Source of the DNA: Euglena gracilis
Lineage: Eukaryota
NCBI GenBank assembly: GCA_039621445.1
Contig: CP154954.1
Coordinates: forward strand, 25,122,954 to 25,186,953
Reading direction: 5' to 3'
DNA length: 64,000 bases
The notes under the pieces are model-generated. The model saw nothing but the letters and a program-made list of their open reading frames with translations, was not told where the DNA came from and searched no databases. This document shows, piece by piece, positions 62,347-64,000 of this stretch (position 1 is the first letter of the stretch; each line of letters begins with the position of its first letter). The position numbers were made by a program, and so were the translations under genes.

Positions 62347-63740
62347 CAGGCACGAATAATCACGAATAATCACGAATCACCACAAATTTCGGATTTTTCA
62401 AAAATCACAAATAATCACGAATATCACGCATAATCACGAATGAGATTTTTTCTTGCGAATTTTTTTTCTTCACCACTGTTGCCCGCCCCAAAAGGCGGCG
62501 AGACAATCGCGGGCATTTTCGGAAAACTGAGCAAACCACAAAAATCCACAATTTCCACAGCCAAAGAGTGGGTTTTTAGCTCTTTTGTTTGTGGCAAACA
62601 GGCTTCTTTTTAAGACCCCCGGGGTGGGGAGAGGAGGTCCCCCCACCCACCTAGCTCGGCACGGGACCCCACATTCAGCATTCGGAACTTTATTTTACTT
62701 GTTCTTTAGAAAATTTCTTCTTCGGATTCTGATGGCAAATCACAATCTACTGCTGCTGCTGCAGCCATGGAAGTGAAGAAGAAGGAATGGAAACGTGTGG
62801 GTAAAGATAAGATGTGCTTGACCCACAAAAGGTTCTGAACGCGCGGCCCAGTTGGGAGAATTACAAGGTATTTTTTCCAATGAGAATGCGACGATTGTTT
62901 CTATTTCCACACTAGGATCTCTTTGATCCTGAAGGGGAATTGGAAGCTGATGATGCCGATGATTCTAGTGAAATGAGGAAGCAAAGGACTTTGTCTCTCA
63001 AGGCCGATTGGGCAAGATATACAGCTATGAGCTCTCACACCGTGCAGTCCTTGGCAGACATTGCCCCATTTTGGAATGCGAGGTGTCCATATATGTCAAT
63101 AAATTGGAATTCCACCCCTTTTTCTTCAGGGGTGGTCCGCTGGCAGAGGCTATTGCGCCATATCTCTAGTATCCCGTGATTTCAGCCGCCGTGGAAAGAT
63201 CTTTCAGCCAGTCAGAACTGGATTTATTTTTTTGTCTTGTTGTTTGGATGCATTGAAGGTTGCTTATTTTTGTGTATGCACATGGGGTGTGGAACAAAGG
63301 GAAGCCCACCCTTGGCTCGTGGACGCCAAGAACCGCCAGAAAGCTGGTAAGGCATTGCGGCAGGCCGCTATCGTTCTGGTTTGTAACGGTGACACTGAGC
63401 GCCGCTTCACTGTTGCGTAACTAGACTGGCCGCAGGCGGCTTCACTTTCTGCTTTTGTGATGCCTCATGTTTCCAGCCGGGGTTTGTGTAGGCAATGGAA
63501 CCCTCACACAAGGATGTTGCACAGGTGCAAGGTTTTTTTTTTATGTCAAAAAGTATTGTTCTTCCTGCCGCCATCCCAGCACTCCGTCATTTAGCTGAAA
63601 ACCGGGCAAATTTTTGGCACCACAAATAATCACGAATAATCACGAATAATCACGAATAATCACGAATAATCACGAATAATCACGAATAATCACGAATGAG
63701 AAAGATGGCGGTCCCAACCACGAATGGGAGGGAAACCCTG
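62347..63740 (+). mobile_element. Internally deleted hAT transposon with transposase remnant
   Basis: CAGG...GGGAAACCCTG flanked by CAGTAAC direct repeats (62340-62346, 63741-63747). Subterminal CACGAATAAT arrays at both ends. Confidence 0.82.
62940..63420 (+). pseudogene. hAT transposase C-terminal (dimerisation domain) remnant
   Basis: DIAPFWNAR, then PLAEAIAPYL*YPVISAAVERSFS (63137-63208), then LVDAKNRQKAGKALRQAAIVLVCNGD. This follows the hAT W...P.(T/S)SA..ER.FS...R pattern. In-frame TAG present. Confidence 0.8.
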
Positions 63741-64000
63741 CAGTAACAAGGTTTCTGTGCCCAGAGTTGATTCCATTCTCCAATCTGTGGAACTTTCAGT
63801 TTACGGGAACCCGTGAAGATGTTTTCAAGTCACCCCAGCCAGTGTTTTTGGGGAACACTGCCACAGCTTGGCACCAGCACCATACCGACATGGGCAACAT
63901 GGGTTATGTTCTGTTCCAACAGAACATAGGGACCATGGCAAGAAGGGATACACTGCCCACACCAAATAATTTTGAAAAGCAATTTTACGGAAAACCGTGA

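Noticed and set aside
63625-63700. CRISPR-like array (also 6434-6535 and 7128-7184)
   Set aside because: Head-to-tail 10-mers without spacers. These are subterminal repeats of hAT elements in eukaryotic DNA.

Overview
Eukaryotic, intron-rich genomic DNA. I infer a euglenid (Euglena-like) from short GC3-rich exons, gtgtg/gtgcg donors, long (TG)n/(TACA)n tracts and non-GT-AG stem-loop introns. Almost all ORFs in the supplied track are spurious; the real coding sequence is split into small exons. The best-supported gene (+, 28539 to at least ~47860) encodes a protein with an N-terminal MetAP1-type C6H2 zinc finger, an Ala-rich helix, a possible LOTUS/OST-HTH-like domain and a basic C-terminus. 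It mixes conventional and nonconventional introns. Weaker candidates are exon fragments at 7-12.5 kb (+), a possible - strand gene at 14-24 kb, and a gene starting MGCASS at 49.2-51.2 kb. Introns and intergenic DNA are packed with CAG...CTG-ended MITEs flanked by 8-bp target-site duplications (hAT type), TA-flanked Tc1/mariner elements, a Tc1 fold-back element and a decayed hAT transposase. Main observation: one hAT MITE sits inside a coding exon (39370-39652). Removing it by the euglenid nonconventional-intron rule (3 nt + CAG ... CTG + 5 nt) deletes exactly element + one 8-bp TSD and restores the frame. Older nonconventional introns in the same gene keep this 3+5 geometry, which suggests a hAT-MITE 'introner' system. 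All splice junctions are manual inferences without transcript data.
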